64,000 nt of DNA from Blasia pusilla (Eukaryota). The first letter of the stretch is position 1. Each line of letters begins with the position of its first letter. Positions 24,701 to 37,300 of this stretch are shown piece by piece. The stretch spans positions 32,240,001 to 32,304,000 of the forward strand of contig CM114271.1 of NCBI GenBank assembly GCA_050084515.1, in the 5' to 3' direction. Below the pieces are notes generated by a model. The model had not been told where the DNA came from and did not search any database. It saw only the letters and a program-made list of their open reading frames with translations. The position numbers and the translations under genes are program-made.

Positions 24701-25635
24701 GGAACTAACTACTTTGGGTAAGTTCATATAAAGATCAAATTTGACTTTTTCTTTGGGAAGTAATCCTTGAACCCCTACAACAAATCAAAAGCCAAAAAGG
24801 TAACCTACGAGCACAATAATATTAATGTGGAGAGAGGATGGAGAGGAAGGGTATTCCCAAAGAGAGAGAACTTTGGAACTCATTCTCTCTTTGTTGAACC
24901 TCTTGACTTGAGTAGATGAAACTATGGTCCTCCTTGCTTTATGAGTAACCCAAACCTTCCATTAGGAGATTGGGTTTGGTTTGACATAAGAGCGATTTTA
25001 TGCACCATTGAAGTGATTTTGATTTACAAGGAAAGAATAAAGGATTGAGAGCTTTACAATGCAAGAGCTTGATGGTTGCTTGCTAGTTTTGCAGATTGAG
25101 GATTGTGCTTCCCATTCACAAGAGCAAGAGTTGCCTAGTTGTATGCATTTTGTGGGAATTTTTTGTTCGAAAGGAAGGGGTGTAAAGCATTACCTGATTT
25201 TGAGTTGAAGTTAAGTATAGGTACTATGTCTACCATGCTAGGGCTCTTGGAAGCACGTTCGAATTTTCCATTTTCTTGTGAGTTATGTTCAAAAACTTGT
25301 GTGGAAGGAACCGATGCGAAAGTGTATTTGAATTTTTTGTAGGAGTTTTGGCCATGGGCAATGCGACAGTCGTTGTCCATTTCAAGTGGAAGTTTGAATG
25401 AGGGAGCTGATTTCATGCATGATGCTTTAGATGAGGAAGTCAATCACTATATTAGAAGAAATGATTCATGGTTTTGATGCTTGAGTGCAATGTCCATCTG
25501 TGGAGGGTTGCCATAGCCATTGTGTGATAGAGAAATTTTGAATTTTGGGGATAACTCATTAGGAGGAATGTAGAAAAGTAGAAAGCTTGTTATTTTTAGT
25601 GTGTACTCACGACCTTACAGGTACAATGATATGGA

Positions 25636-27010
25636 AAGTAGGAGCTCTGATTCAGAGTAGGAGCCAGGACTTGGTTGGAGCAAGACTAGTGGAGATGTCA
25701 CATGTAGAGTTTGCATTTGCCACAATCATGCCCGCCAAGAAGGATGTGGATGGTAAATGGACGGACAGGCGGATGTGTGGAGATTACCGACCTATCAATC
25801 GGAAAACAAAGTCTCATAGATATGCCATGCCCACCCTTGAGGAGATCTTTGATGTTATTGGGCATGCAAAGATCTTTAGTTTGTTGGATCTTCGAGCCAG
25901 ATACCATCAACTGCTTGTTAGATTGGAGAACAGGTAGTAAACGGAATTTTGGGGAATCGATCCTCATGAGAAGGATGGCTTGTACTAGTGGAGTTTCTTA
26001 CCATTTGGGTTAAAGAACGCTCCGACTGAGCCTTAGAGTGTCATGGATAGGATCTTGGTGGGTCAGGATTTTGGTAGGTGCTATATTGATGACATCGTAG
26101 TCTTTCGCACCACGGTTGAGGAGTATGAGCGACATCTGGAGAAGGTGTGTCGACGATTGGATTCATATGGGCTGAAGCTACATCCAGGCAAGTGCAAGTT
26201 CTACGACCAAATTGAGTACTTGGGTCATACAATATGCCCACGTGGCCTTGGTGTGCAGCAGACAAAGGTAGAGGCTATTTCATGCATTCCACGCCTTATA
26301 GATGTGAGTCGAGTTTGTACATTCATGGGATTGGCGAACTTCTATTGACAATACGTCAAGGGTTTTAGTTCGATTGCGAAGCCGCTAACCTTGCTGACCA
26401 AGGTGGATCCCGAGTGGCATTGGGAGGATGAGCAAGAGAGAGCATTTTAGTTGCTCAAGGACAGGTTGACGTCTGATCCTATATTGAAGAGACAGATCAG
26501 GGGATGTCCTTTCCAATTGCATATAGATTAGAGCATGTTGGGGCTTTGAGCGTTGCTTGCCTAACATGATGATGAGGGTAGAGAATTTATGGTGGCTTAC
26601 ACTAGTCGCTCGAACAACGCTGCGGAGATAAAGTATAGCTAGTATGAGGATGAGTGCTTGGTTGCAGTATGGGTTGTTGCGTATCTTAGGTGTTACTTAT
26701 TCGGAAATCTCCTTACCATCGTCATTGATCATCAGCCACTGAAGTGGTTGATGGAGTCTAGAAAGCTTACACGGAAGCTTGCGAGATGGGCTCTCTTGTT
26801 GCAAGAGTATGACATCCAGGTAGTACATAGACCTAGGACGCTCAACCAGGATGCAGATAGTTTGAGCCATAAACCATGCCCGAGTCAGAGAGATGCCACT
26901 AGAGCTCAGTGGCATGGATGCCACTAGAGCTCAGTGGCATGGAGAGAGTGATGAGGAGTTGGTGCCAAGATGGAACGCGTCACTCTATTTAGGCTTATTG
27001 GCTATGGAGA
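25636..27010 (+). pseudogene. Older RT-RNaseH fragment of the MTase-gypsy family
   Basis: RMCGDYRPIN, CYIDDI, DHQPLKWL and LARWALLLQEY are colinear with 48240-49590. Many stop codons. Confidence 0.9.
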
Positions 27011-27231
27011 GCGAGAGTGTTGAGACTTCAATGGCAAGGTCTGATTTGGGGGCTAGTATTTTGGCAAGAGAGAGTAAGAGAGGAGAGGAAGAGAGGAGAG
27101 TCTCTCTTAAAAAAGAAAAGCCAAAATCCTTAACCTCTCTTCAAAACTTTTCACTGTTTTTAAATTTTCTCCTCTCTTCAAATGCAAAAAATATTTTGAA
27201 GAGAGTAAGAAGTGGATCAAGTTGGGCGAGG

Positions 27232-30200
27232 TATTGAAGATTGAGTTACAGTCAAGCTCATAAGACACCTGAACTCCTACATTTGGTACTCACACAAAGT
27301 AAGGAAGCTTAATCTTGGTTAGTTAGTTAAGCACGATTATCTTAACTAGGGTTAGTTAATCACTGTTAGTCTAACTCGAGATTATGGTTAAGAGTAGGGT
27401 TAGGGTTGCTTGTACATACCCTATATAATTGAGAAGAGGACCAACCTTCATTCATTCTCTCATTGAAAATTTTGTTCCCCATGGTGGTGTGTATGTGAGA
27501 GCCGTTTTCCACGAGTTATGCTTGTTTAGCAGTTTTCCACATGGTATCAGAGCGGGAGGAGAACATCACTTGAAATTCTTGATGTTTGAAGAGAGAAGAG
27601 AGGCAAGAGAAGGCACAATTTCATTTTGGGAGAAGGAAATTTTATTCAGAGCTCTGTGGGTGCAGATTTCAGGTGGAGCTTTGACGGTGATAAAAGTTTG
27701 GAGGTGTTTTTGAGGGCTTTCCCGGTCGATTCAGCCTTCTGGATCCCAATGTAGAAAAAAGAATTCATTGTTCTACCCATCTTGTAGAGCTCATCGAGAG
27801 CTTTCCAACGCATCCAAAATCGTTTGATTTTGACACTCTGAGCTCTTGCAATAGCAATTTCAGTGTAGAAAAGTGCAATTAGTGAAGAAAAGTTGTGCAA
27901 TTTGCTCTCTATAGGCCAATTCCGACTAGTTCTTACATACAGTTGATCAATTTTGGCAAATTTCAGGTTGATTTGTGTGTAGGAGTGGTCTATGCTTGAA
28001 TTAGAGCAGTAGAAAGCCTAAAATTACATTTTTGTGAGTGAAATTGTTTATCATGGAGTATTCCTCAATAGCAATCACAAGCGAGAAGCTAAACAAGCAG
28101 AATTATAATGTCTGGAAGTTTCGCATGAAAAAATTTCTCATGGGTCAAGAACTATGGGAGCTTGTCACAGGTGATGAGGCCAAGCCAAAAGACGCCTCAA
28201 CAGACTTGAATGTTCGCGCTTGGAACAAACGCGCAAGGCAAGTAATCCACTACATTTCAATAACGATCAGTTCGCCATTGATAGGTCACATCCAAGATGT
28301 TGATACTTCGAAGGAGCCCAACAGAATGTACCAATCTGTTGTCGAGTAGCTTGTCTAGTTTGCAAGAGAGTGCGCTATTTGTAGGTTTTGGATCAAATAG
28401 AGGTAGGGGTCGTGGCAGAAACTTCCGTGGTCATGGTGGATATCAAGCATATGGAGGAAGAGGCACTCAATATAATGTCACTCAATCAACTACGAACGAG
28501 TACCAGACACAATCACAAGGTGGTGATGGTGGAAACCGTTGGGGTCAAGGTCAGCAGTAGAGGGTCCCTGGATCTTGCAATTACTGTGGGATAAAGGGTC
28601 ACTATGCAAAGTTTTGCTTCAAGAAGAAGGCAAATATGAGAATAGGGGCCTTACAACAACAAAACTATGTGGAGCAACAATACCAAGAGCAGTACCAAGA
28701 ACAACAACATTCACGAACGAAACATCTCTTGGTCATGACTCATCATATGGGAATAATGGTCAAGAAAGACTCGACAACATATTGGTACATTGACTCTGGT
28801 GCATTGAATCGGATGACCTCACAAGCAAAATGGTTCAGTAGTTTGGAGCCGGTGAAAGATCCTGCAATTGTGCTCACAGGAGATGATATTCAACATCATA
28901 TTACGCATACCAGTAAAGTTCCAATAGCATCAGATGGTTTTTGTGCTCTTGGAAATGTTCTCTATGTTCCTACCATTGCAAGAAATCTAATCTCTGTAGG
29001 ACAGATAGTAGAACACGGTTATGAAGTGAAGTTTAATGCAGATGGTTGTTTCATTGAAACAATGGATGATCAGACTACAATAGCCAAAGGAACTAGATGT
29101 GGCAGAATGTTCAAATTAGATGTTTCTATGCCAGAGATTCAAACAACAATGTATGGTCAAACTGACCAACAAGTCACAGATCTAAATATGTGGCATAAAA
29201 GAATTGGACATATGAATCTTCAAAGATTAGAGAGTCTTTCATAATCTAATATAATAATAGGACTCCCTAAATTAGCGAGACCTGCTACGTTAGAGGTATA
29301 TCCTGCTTGCCAATTTGGAAAACAAGCTAGATTTCCTTTTTCAAAGCAAGGTAGAAGAGCATCGAAGATATTGGAGTTGATCCACAGTGATGTGTGGACA
29401 ACATCACAACATAGCCTTAGTGGTTGCCAGTACTTTGTTTCATTTATTGATGACTTCTCTAAATTTATATGGGTATACTTTCTGAAAGCCAAGGCTGAGG
29501 TATTCTCAGTGTTCCAAACATTTAGAGTTCTAGTAGAGAAGCAGACTGGACAACACATTCTGAAATTGCGTTGTGATGGAGGAGGAGAGTATCTTTCAAC
29601 AGAGTTTGATGACTATTTACGTCAGAATAGCATCCAACGTCAAGTGACTTGCCGTTACACTCCACAACAAAATGGAGTGGCTAAGAGGAAGAATCAACAT
29701 ATTGATGAAGCGGCACGAGCTATGCTGAATGAGAAGAACATGCCTAAGGTGTATTGGGCAGAGGCTGTAGCTTGTGCAGTCTTCTTAATCAATCAAACTC
29801 CAACAGCAGGAGTTCATGATAAAACTCCATTCAAAGTCTTCACAGGAAGTAAACATGATTTTTCCTTCTTGAAAGTATTTGGCTTTATTTATTATGCTCA
29901 TGTTCCTTCTGAGATACGTCAGAAATTAGACCCCAAGTCTGAAAGGTGTATCTTCATTGGCTATGCTGATGGAACTAAGGGGTATCAGTGCTACATTCCA
30001 TCCTCTAAGCAGCTTATTATTAGTTGAGATGTTATCTTTGATGAGCTAAAGTCATGGTATGGTCCATCTGAGCCTATTCCACCTCTAAACTTGTCTGTTG
30101 CGGGGGAGAATATGACTATAAACCAACAGACATTGTCTTCAACTTCCCCAAGTACTAGTGCAAGATTAGGAGAGGTTCTAGATTCATCAGTTAAATCTGT

Positions 30201-30297
30201 GAGTCCATGGATGGAAAGAGAACGTATTGAGTCTGTTGACACTAGTCAAAGCTCGAGTCAGGTGTAAGAGGCATCGACCTCTGAACAACAACTTCGT
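27232..30297 (+). mobile_element. Ty1/copia element (5' LTR about 27232-27541, PBS 27542-27553, gag-protease-integrase), cut off by insertion of copy B
   Basis: CA then TGGTATCAGAGC; gag KLNKQNYNVWKFRM; CNYCGIKGH knuckle; protease WYIDSGA; WHKRIGH; integrase LIHSDV, FIDDFS, LRCDGGGEY, TPQQNGVA. The RT half is not found in the window. Confidence 0.92.
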
Positions 30298-31104
30298 TGT
30301 CACATTTGAGTAGCCGATAGGGTGAGATCTATCGTGGATAGGGCGTAGGAGCCAGCGGACTATCTTGAGTGTAACTTTGTCCCACAGTGTCGGATGAGGT
30401 TGAGGATAGGAGGTCCATTGTGTCAAGAACGTTGTTTCTGACAACTTTCATGTTGAGGTCTTTTACATCCGGGTGTCTTGTTGACCATGTTACCCGCCCC
30501 TGGTAACATGTGCGCGCAAGTTACCAAGGGGAGGGCTATTTTTAGGGAAAGAGCCTTTTGACTCTTCCCAACCCTATATAAGAGAGGAAGATGGCTTTCC
30601 TAAGCCATCTTTCTCATGTTGGGCCGTTGGAGCACCTCCCTTGTATGTGTGTGAGATAGGACTAGGGTGCTAGCATCCAGATTCCTTGATAGCACAGGGT
30701 GGACGAGGCTCGATATGCCGATGTAGATTGAGGAGTGGAGTTTTAGGCCGGGTGTGCCATTTTTACTACTCTTTATTTTTACATGAGAAAGATGTCAAGG
30801 GGCTGGTGGGAATTTGTTGTTTGTAAGTAGGCAAGCGAGTTGCCTTGGTCGGGAGCCCATGGAGACGTTGGTTGGTATCGTATTTGTCACTTTTTATGTT
30901 TGGAAGGCCATGGGCGGAAGCGCTGTTTGTTTTTCTCAGATTTTGCTGGTACGGATTGACGCGGGACAGCAGCCGAGTGTAGTGTGCGGTAGAGCGTCGG
31001 GTGTAGGTTTGTGAGGGTGTCAAGAGAGAGAAGAAAAGCAGCTTGAGGGCTTGCAGCCGCTAGGGGGTTATCAAGTAAAGGAGGCTAGGGTTAGGGCGTG
31101 GACA
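30298..31104 (+). repeat. 5' LTR of copy B
   Basis: Starts TGTCAC exactly where homology to the copy A LTR begins and ends GTGGACA. TATATAA at about 30575. Confidence 0.8.
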
Positions 31105-34100
31105 GCGCCTCCCCCCCCCCACCTTCTCATTTATTACTCCCCAAAATTTGGGGAGGCCCATAGGGATGCGGGCCAGGCCCCCCATTTAGGGCCCAAGGGG
31201 CCCGCATAGGGCCACGGGCCAGGTTACCCCCCCCTCCAACGTGGTAGGCCGGACGAGGTTGGTTCGGTGAACGTGGTAGGGCACGGACAGACGTGGTCAG
31301 TCGGGTAGACGTCGTTGAGAGTCCGGATGTGGTCGGGGTCATGTTCACGTGGTCAGACACGATGTACGTGGTTGGAGTGGAGCTCGACCAGGGTGAGTCA
31401 GGTTACATGCGGCGTGTGGGGATGGACGGAGATGTTTGCGTGACATGATGTTTTTGGGGCGCGACAGGGCGTTGTGAGAGTTGACGATGGAGGCGCAGTG
31501 CGCATGATGCCGACGGGTTGTCCACATATGTTGACGGGAGGATCGACGTGTTGGTCGAGGAGAGTGTTGTGTTGCGGAGATTGTCATATCACGTGGAGGA
31601 GTGCATGTTGACCGTGTAGCAGGTTGGAGGGCGTGATCAGATTACCCATTCGAGTCCCTTTTCCCGCACTTGTCATGTGTGATTGAGAGTGTTGGGTATC
31701 GGGTAGTAGCTGGTGCTAGGTGGGTGCAGTGATGGTGACGAGTGTAGATTCTGTTCATGTGTAGCATGTTGGTGGACATACGACGGTTGCCGAGTAGGGG
31801 TCGCGTGTATGACCCGAGAGAGTGTCGCTAGGTTAGGTGAGTTAGTTCGGAGGCTCATGGTGAGCCCAAGTGTTGAGTGTGCGTGAGGCCGCGTATGTCA
31901 TCACGGGATTGATGTTAGCATAGGTGAGCTAGTGAGGAGTGTGAGAGACTCACGGTGAGTCTGAGTGCTTGAGCGAGTGAGACAGGGTTTGTCATCACGG
32001 CGTTCTTCCAGGGTTTGGAAGAACGGGGTAGTGCAAGAAATAGTAGTGGTGTGACACGGAGTGGAGTGAGATACCGAGGGGTTACCAGTGAGGAGCTACC
32101 TCGACATCCATCCATGGCTAGATCGTCATTTGGACACCTGGTGGTGGCGAGATCGCATGACGAGACGATAGTTCTTGGCAGGAGATGGACGACATGGGCC
32201 ATCGAGGCATGCGTCGTTTCTCGGGTGCAGTGGGCACCATCGACTTAGATGATTTTATCCAGGAGTTTGACACATGGTGCCACTTCTAGGAGATACGGAC
32301 CCCGACACGGTTCAACCCTTTCATGGCATGGAAGGGGTTGTTCCAGCACTTGGAGGGTCCTCCGATGGATGACTACATGGAGTTTTGATCACTATATTCA
32401 GTAGAGATCAATGCCTGGAGGATGTATTGGGCTCCAGGGTATGTGTCCACTAGTGGTCGCGAGGCATATGATGGGATTGTGAGAGGAGAGAAACCAACAC
32501 CATCAGCCCGGAGACTAGATGGAGAGAAGGGCAATGAGAGAGGCGATGTGGCAAAGACCTCTGGTGGTAAGGGCCATCCAGCTTCAGCCCCACAGTGGAG
32601 TTCTTCTGACAGTTGGGGAAGAGCTACCAGGGCGTACACACCGACAAGCTGAAGAGTCTACAGGATTTTCAGCGACACGGATGAGAGTATTAGAGAGGCA
32701 TTCACACGCATGAGAAGGATGATCATTGCTACGTTTGGAGGATCGAGGCGCGATCGATCCAGTATTGGTCTGGGGGTTACGGACCGAGAACTACGGAGGA
32801 GAGTCCGAGATGCGGTCTTTGATTCACAAAATGGGCCCACATTGAAGGTGGTCTTTGAGTTTTCGGCGTATTGAGCTCAACATGAGTGAGGAGTAGGTAG
32901 TGACCGCTGGATTTTCTCGAGTCGACGGGTCCCGGCGAAGGTGACCCCCCAGTGCAAACAGGCGAGCACCGATACCACGAGGAGCGGACGGTGCCCAGAG
33001 AGCGAGGTATCTTTGTGAGCCTATGAGACAACGACCCATACCTACATATGTTGCCCAGCAGGGACCGATGTGGTCTTGTTGGACGTGTGGAGGGGCCCAT
33101 AGGCAGAGAGATTGCCCATAGTATGGGAGAGGACCACCAGCACCTCCAATTGCTCAGGAGCCACAGAGGATGGTCCCACCACAACACCAGTGTGACTATT
33201 GCCACAGATATGGTCACACTAGGGATAGATGTTTTGACCTTCGCCAAGGGGCACGTCTAGAGGTAGGCCGAGGGCCTGGGGGCGGTCATCCTGGAGGAGG
33301 TCGGGGAGTCCTTCCTGGACGTGGTGGTAGAGGATCACCACCAACCAAAGGAGATGGAGCAGGAGGATTGCTGCCATGACGATGATGCAGCTTAGGGAAG
33401 GCACGGAGGTACGAGCATCTAGTGTGACTCCAGCTTCTACCTCTTACCCTGACCCGGGTGAGGATCTTGCCAGTATGGGATTTATGTGTAGTGCGGCCAG
33501 GTTGAGGCGGTGCGGTGGTGACTTCGGGAGTCTGCGAGAGGCACCGAGCCATCGAGAGGTGGAGTTGAGATTGACCCACCGAGAGAGGACCGATGGGCGG
33601 CAGGCCAAGGTTCCCTGATCATTCACATTGTCGGAGGCACTACAGTAGTTGACGAGATGGTGGACTTGCCCCACCGAGCCGGTGCTGGGGCGTTCCCCAG
33701 GTGGCATGGGCGGCGGCAAAGTTGGTAGATATGCCGGCTCGACCCGGCCATGGAGCGAGCAATGGTGACACACTGGAGTAGTGTTCTTGGATAACCGAGT
33801 GGAGTATTTCGCTTGGTTAGTCCGGACAGGACAATATACCACCCCAAGCGTCCTACTTAGTTCGGGGGCGCAACCCTTGATGTTAGGAAGGCGGCGTGTT
33901 TAAGCGTTGGGGTTCTGAAGGCCGACATTGAGCCTTGTCCCTTCCACATACTGAGACCTCGATTGGGGCGTGTCACCCACGCGATATATGACTTGACAGA
34001 GATAGTTGTCGAGTCCGGCCAAAGCATGAGAGCGGATAGTGCTATGGTGCGCTACCGCGTGCGATTACGACACCGGCCGAGTAAATGCGATGTGTTGGTG

Positions 34101-34570
34101 GGGAGTCTGATGTTATATCCCCTAAGATTTATCTTGACTTCTGGGAGGAGACCGTTGCTTATCACCACGATGGCGGTCGGTGACGGCGGATGAGTCGATT
34201 ACCGTGCGTTTGCGGGGGGCGAGGTGGTCGATCACGAGGCGAGTCTGTGACCACGTTGGCGGCTTTCACAGGTAGTGTTAGCTGGCCAGGAGAGTTGTTG
34301 GAGGGGAACGTACATGCGGAGGATGTCCCACTAGCGGATAGTCCCACGGAGAGAGAGGCCATGGCGGGTGTCTCTTCCCATGTTGGCGAGGCCTCTTCAC
34401 CATTGTGGGGTACGACTCGAGAGCTACAAAGGAGTGCCGATGACCTCGTGAGGTAGGCGTGGAGTCATGCTTTTATCCCAGAGCAGCGAGAGTCACGTGG
34501 CGATCAGGCTCTTGGAGTGGAGACGTTGACCCCATTGGATACCACACCCGTTGTGTGGCAGTGCCCAGAG

Positions 34571-35425
34571 GAGGGTGTTAGGATGTTAGATCTCTTCGGA
34601 GGGATTAGCACCGGATTGGCTGCAGTATTGCAGGCGGGCATAAGGGTGCATCAGTACCTTTACGTGGAGAGAGATGAGACCGCGCGGCGAGTATCATTAC
34701 GTCATGTGGCGAGATTGGTCCAGAGGTATCCTGAGTTGTTGCCGGTATCTTTAGTACGGGGATATCAGCATACACTACCCGCCGACATCTCTTTGGTGGG
34801 GGCGCAGGATAGAGTTGGCACCATTCATTTGGTGATTGCTAGATGGCCATGTCAGGGTCATTCATCGGTGGCCAAGGATTTGGATTGCGGGGATCCGGTC
34901 GGGGATGTTTTGGGAGATCTTTGCGAGTAGTCGACACTTGCGGGAGAGTGAGACATGTTCTCCAACGCATCATCTTGGAGAATGTGCCATTTTGGGAGAC
35001 ACTCGTGCGCGTGATGACGAGTGTGTATCAGTGAGTCTGGTTGGGACTCTTTGTGTTATTAGATGCGGCGAGAGTTGGATCACGTGCCCATCGTCCCACG
35101 TAATGGTGGGCGAACTGATACCATCAGAGGTACTGAGTCGAGCATACGATGGAGTCTAGAGAGCACCACATCTCACAATGGATGCTATTTTGGGGTAAGG
35201 GCGTCGATCTCAGGTGGTGACACGGGATGATAGACCACCGTTGGCCATGGCCAATAGGGTGGGGGAGTTGAGGGCAGCCTTACCTACTTTGGTGAGCTTC
35301 CCAGCATCCCATGCCTTTCGTCAGGGAGGGCCAGGCATGATTTGGGATGAGGTGACTGGAGCATTGGAGGAGCCTACAGCAGATGAGCGCGAGCACGCCA
35401 TGGGGTTCACTACCAGTACTACAAC
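34571..35425 (+). pseudogene. DNMT3-like C5-MTase domain of copy B, motifs I-IX (motif X continues at 47650-47730)
   Basis: VRMLDLFGGISTGLAAVLQAGIRVHQYLYVERD, HLVIARWPCQGHS, ILENVP and EREHAMGFT. After the insertion it continues TAVPGMTEASWRQVLGQAMDLNCL. Confidence 0.9.
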
Positions 35426-37110
35426 TGTCGCGCCCCTACTCTCCTTGAACGTCAATCTTTAGTGTTGCGGAAGCGTACGTTGAGTAGGTCACGAACTCAT
35501 CCCTGATCTGCACCCAAACACGCACTCTCGTTAGTCGGGTCTGGGCCAACCAGCGTTCCAACCCACCGAGTCCTCAACTCGGCGTCTCATCAAGCTCAAA
35601 CTTCCTTAGTTCCTAGTTTCCAAAACATGGCAAGTCCTTCAAGACTTGGAACAGACTTCCTGGTTAGTCTAGGGATCTGAAACGGCCCTTGCGCGCCTAG
35701 CGATCCCAACTGTTAAACGGTCCTCGGGTGAGTTCCAAACCGAGACCCTAATTGAGTCGCGGGGTGGAATCCAAGAGGGATGTCTAAAATCGCCTCAATG
35801 GACTTGGTGCAGCTTTTCCAACCCAACCCCCAAACTCGCGTTCCGTTCCATGCCCTTGGGCGCCAAGGCCCAAAGTGGGGTTTGGGTTCCAAGCACTCTC
35901 GAAGACCTTCCCCCTTACTAGTACTTCTGGGGTTCTCCAATAACCCCTCCCCTTTGGGAAAAGAGGGTCGGATCCTTCATTGTGGCCCTCAACCCGACTC
36001 TACTTAGAGTCGTTTTCGGGTTGTATCTCGGCCGCTGCTTTTGCGTTTGTAGCGATCTTTGATGCGTTTGGACCGGCTCTCCATAAGATTTCCAACGCAC
36101 CCTTATGTGTTCCAAATGCATCTTGGCGCTAAAAGTTATGGTCATAAATACAGTCGGAAACTCTCAAACGCTAGTGGCGTTCCAAATCCGGATCTTTCCT
36201 TTGGCAACCCACTTCCTAGACTCGACTTCTTTCAAGTCTCATTCCGCGTTTGGTCCAGGTTTCTCAATCGCGACCATAACATCTGAAACGCGACTCCTCG
36301 CTCGCGTCTCGTCTCTTGTCTCCTCTTTGAGACAACTCCAACGCGCAAACCATCTTAGCGTGAGCCCGCTAATGTTCCGATGTTCCGCTTGGCACTTGTT
36401 TGGTCATGAGGGTCGCGACACTCACCCCTCTTTTAGAGGTTGATGCCTTCATCAACGCAAACCTTTGTTATGTCAAGTCTCCTGGGTAGCCTACCCCTTG
36501 ACATTGAATTGCGTTCTGGTGGCTAACCCGCAATTCCTCTAAGTCTCTAGTTGTCGCTTTGCCCCACTTAGAATTATTAGCCTCTCCTCTTTGATAAGCC
36601 TGGACTAGTTCCAAGGAACTAACCTATCAAATAAGCTAACTAAGTGTGCAACCTTAGACTCTTCTGACTCATTCCTATAAACATCACACCTGTTTACCTG
36701 GTCCACAAATCGTACTACTATTGGGTCGCTCTCGTATTCGACTTAGGCACGTCACTAAGTTTACTTATGTGGCCACAAGTAAGATCACCCCAAGCCCCAA
36801 GACAGACTTCATCTGCCCCGCCGACGCTAGGGCGAGCCTGAGTGTAATCCAACACAAGGTCCTGTTCTAGGTACTTATCCACATACGAGCTCTCACCTCA
36901 AATACTCCTTGTCTGTCCTCTTGTCGTACATCCTAAGCCTATGATGAACGACTCATAGCCATGCACTACCATAACAAATTGCAATCAACTCTGGCATCGA
37001 ATCTCCAAATCCATACACTCCTTTATTGCAACACTAGCATATTCTAGTTACAACGGCCTTCGGCCTAAGATTCCACTCGTTACAAGTCCTGTCTCTAGCT
37101 TCTCCTCGTA

Positions 37111-37300
37111 TTAACGTATGTGCTTCCATTGTGTTCGCTTGAAGTCGCACAAAAAGTCTTGCGCGTGTTCCAAATCCGCCTCCGCAATCCAAGTCGCCTC
37201 CTTCACATGGTAGCCCTTCCATTTTACCAAGTATTCATACTTGTTGGCCCGACGCCTCGAACGTAAGATGGTCTCCACCTCAAACTCCGGCTCTTCATTT
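37111..37300 (-). other. Chromodomain at the integrase C-terminus of element C
   Basis: EFEVETILRSR...YEYLVKWKGYHVKEATW. Confidence 0.92.
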
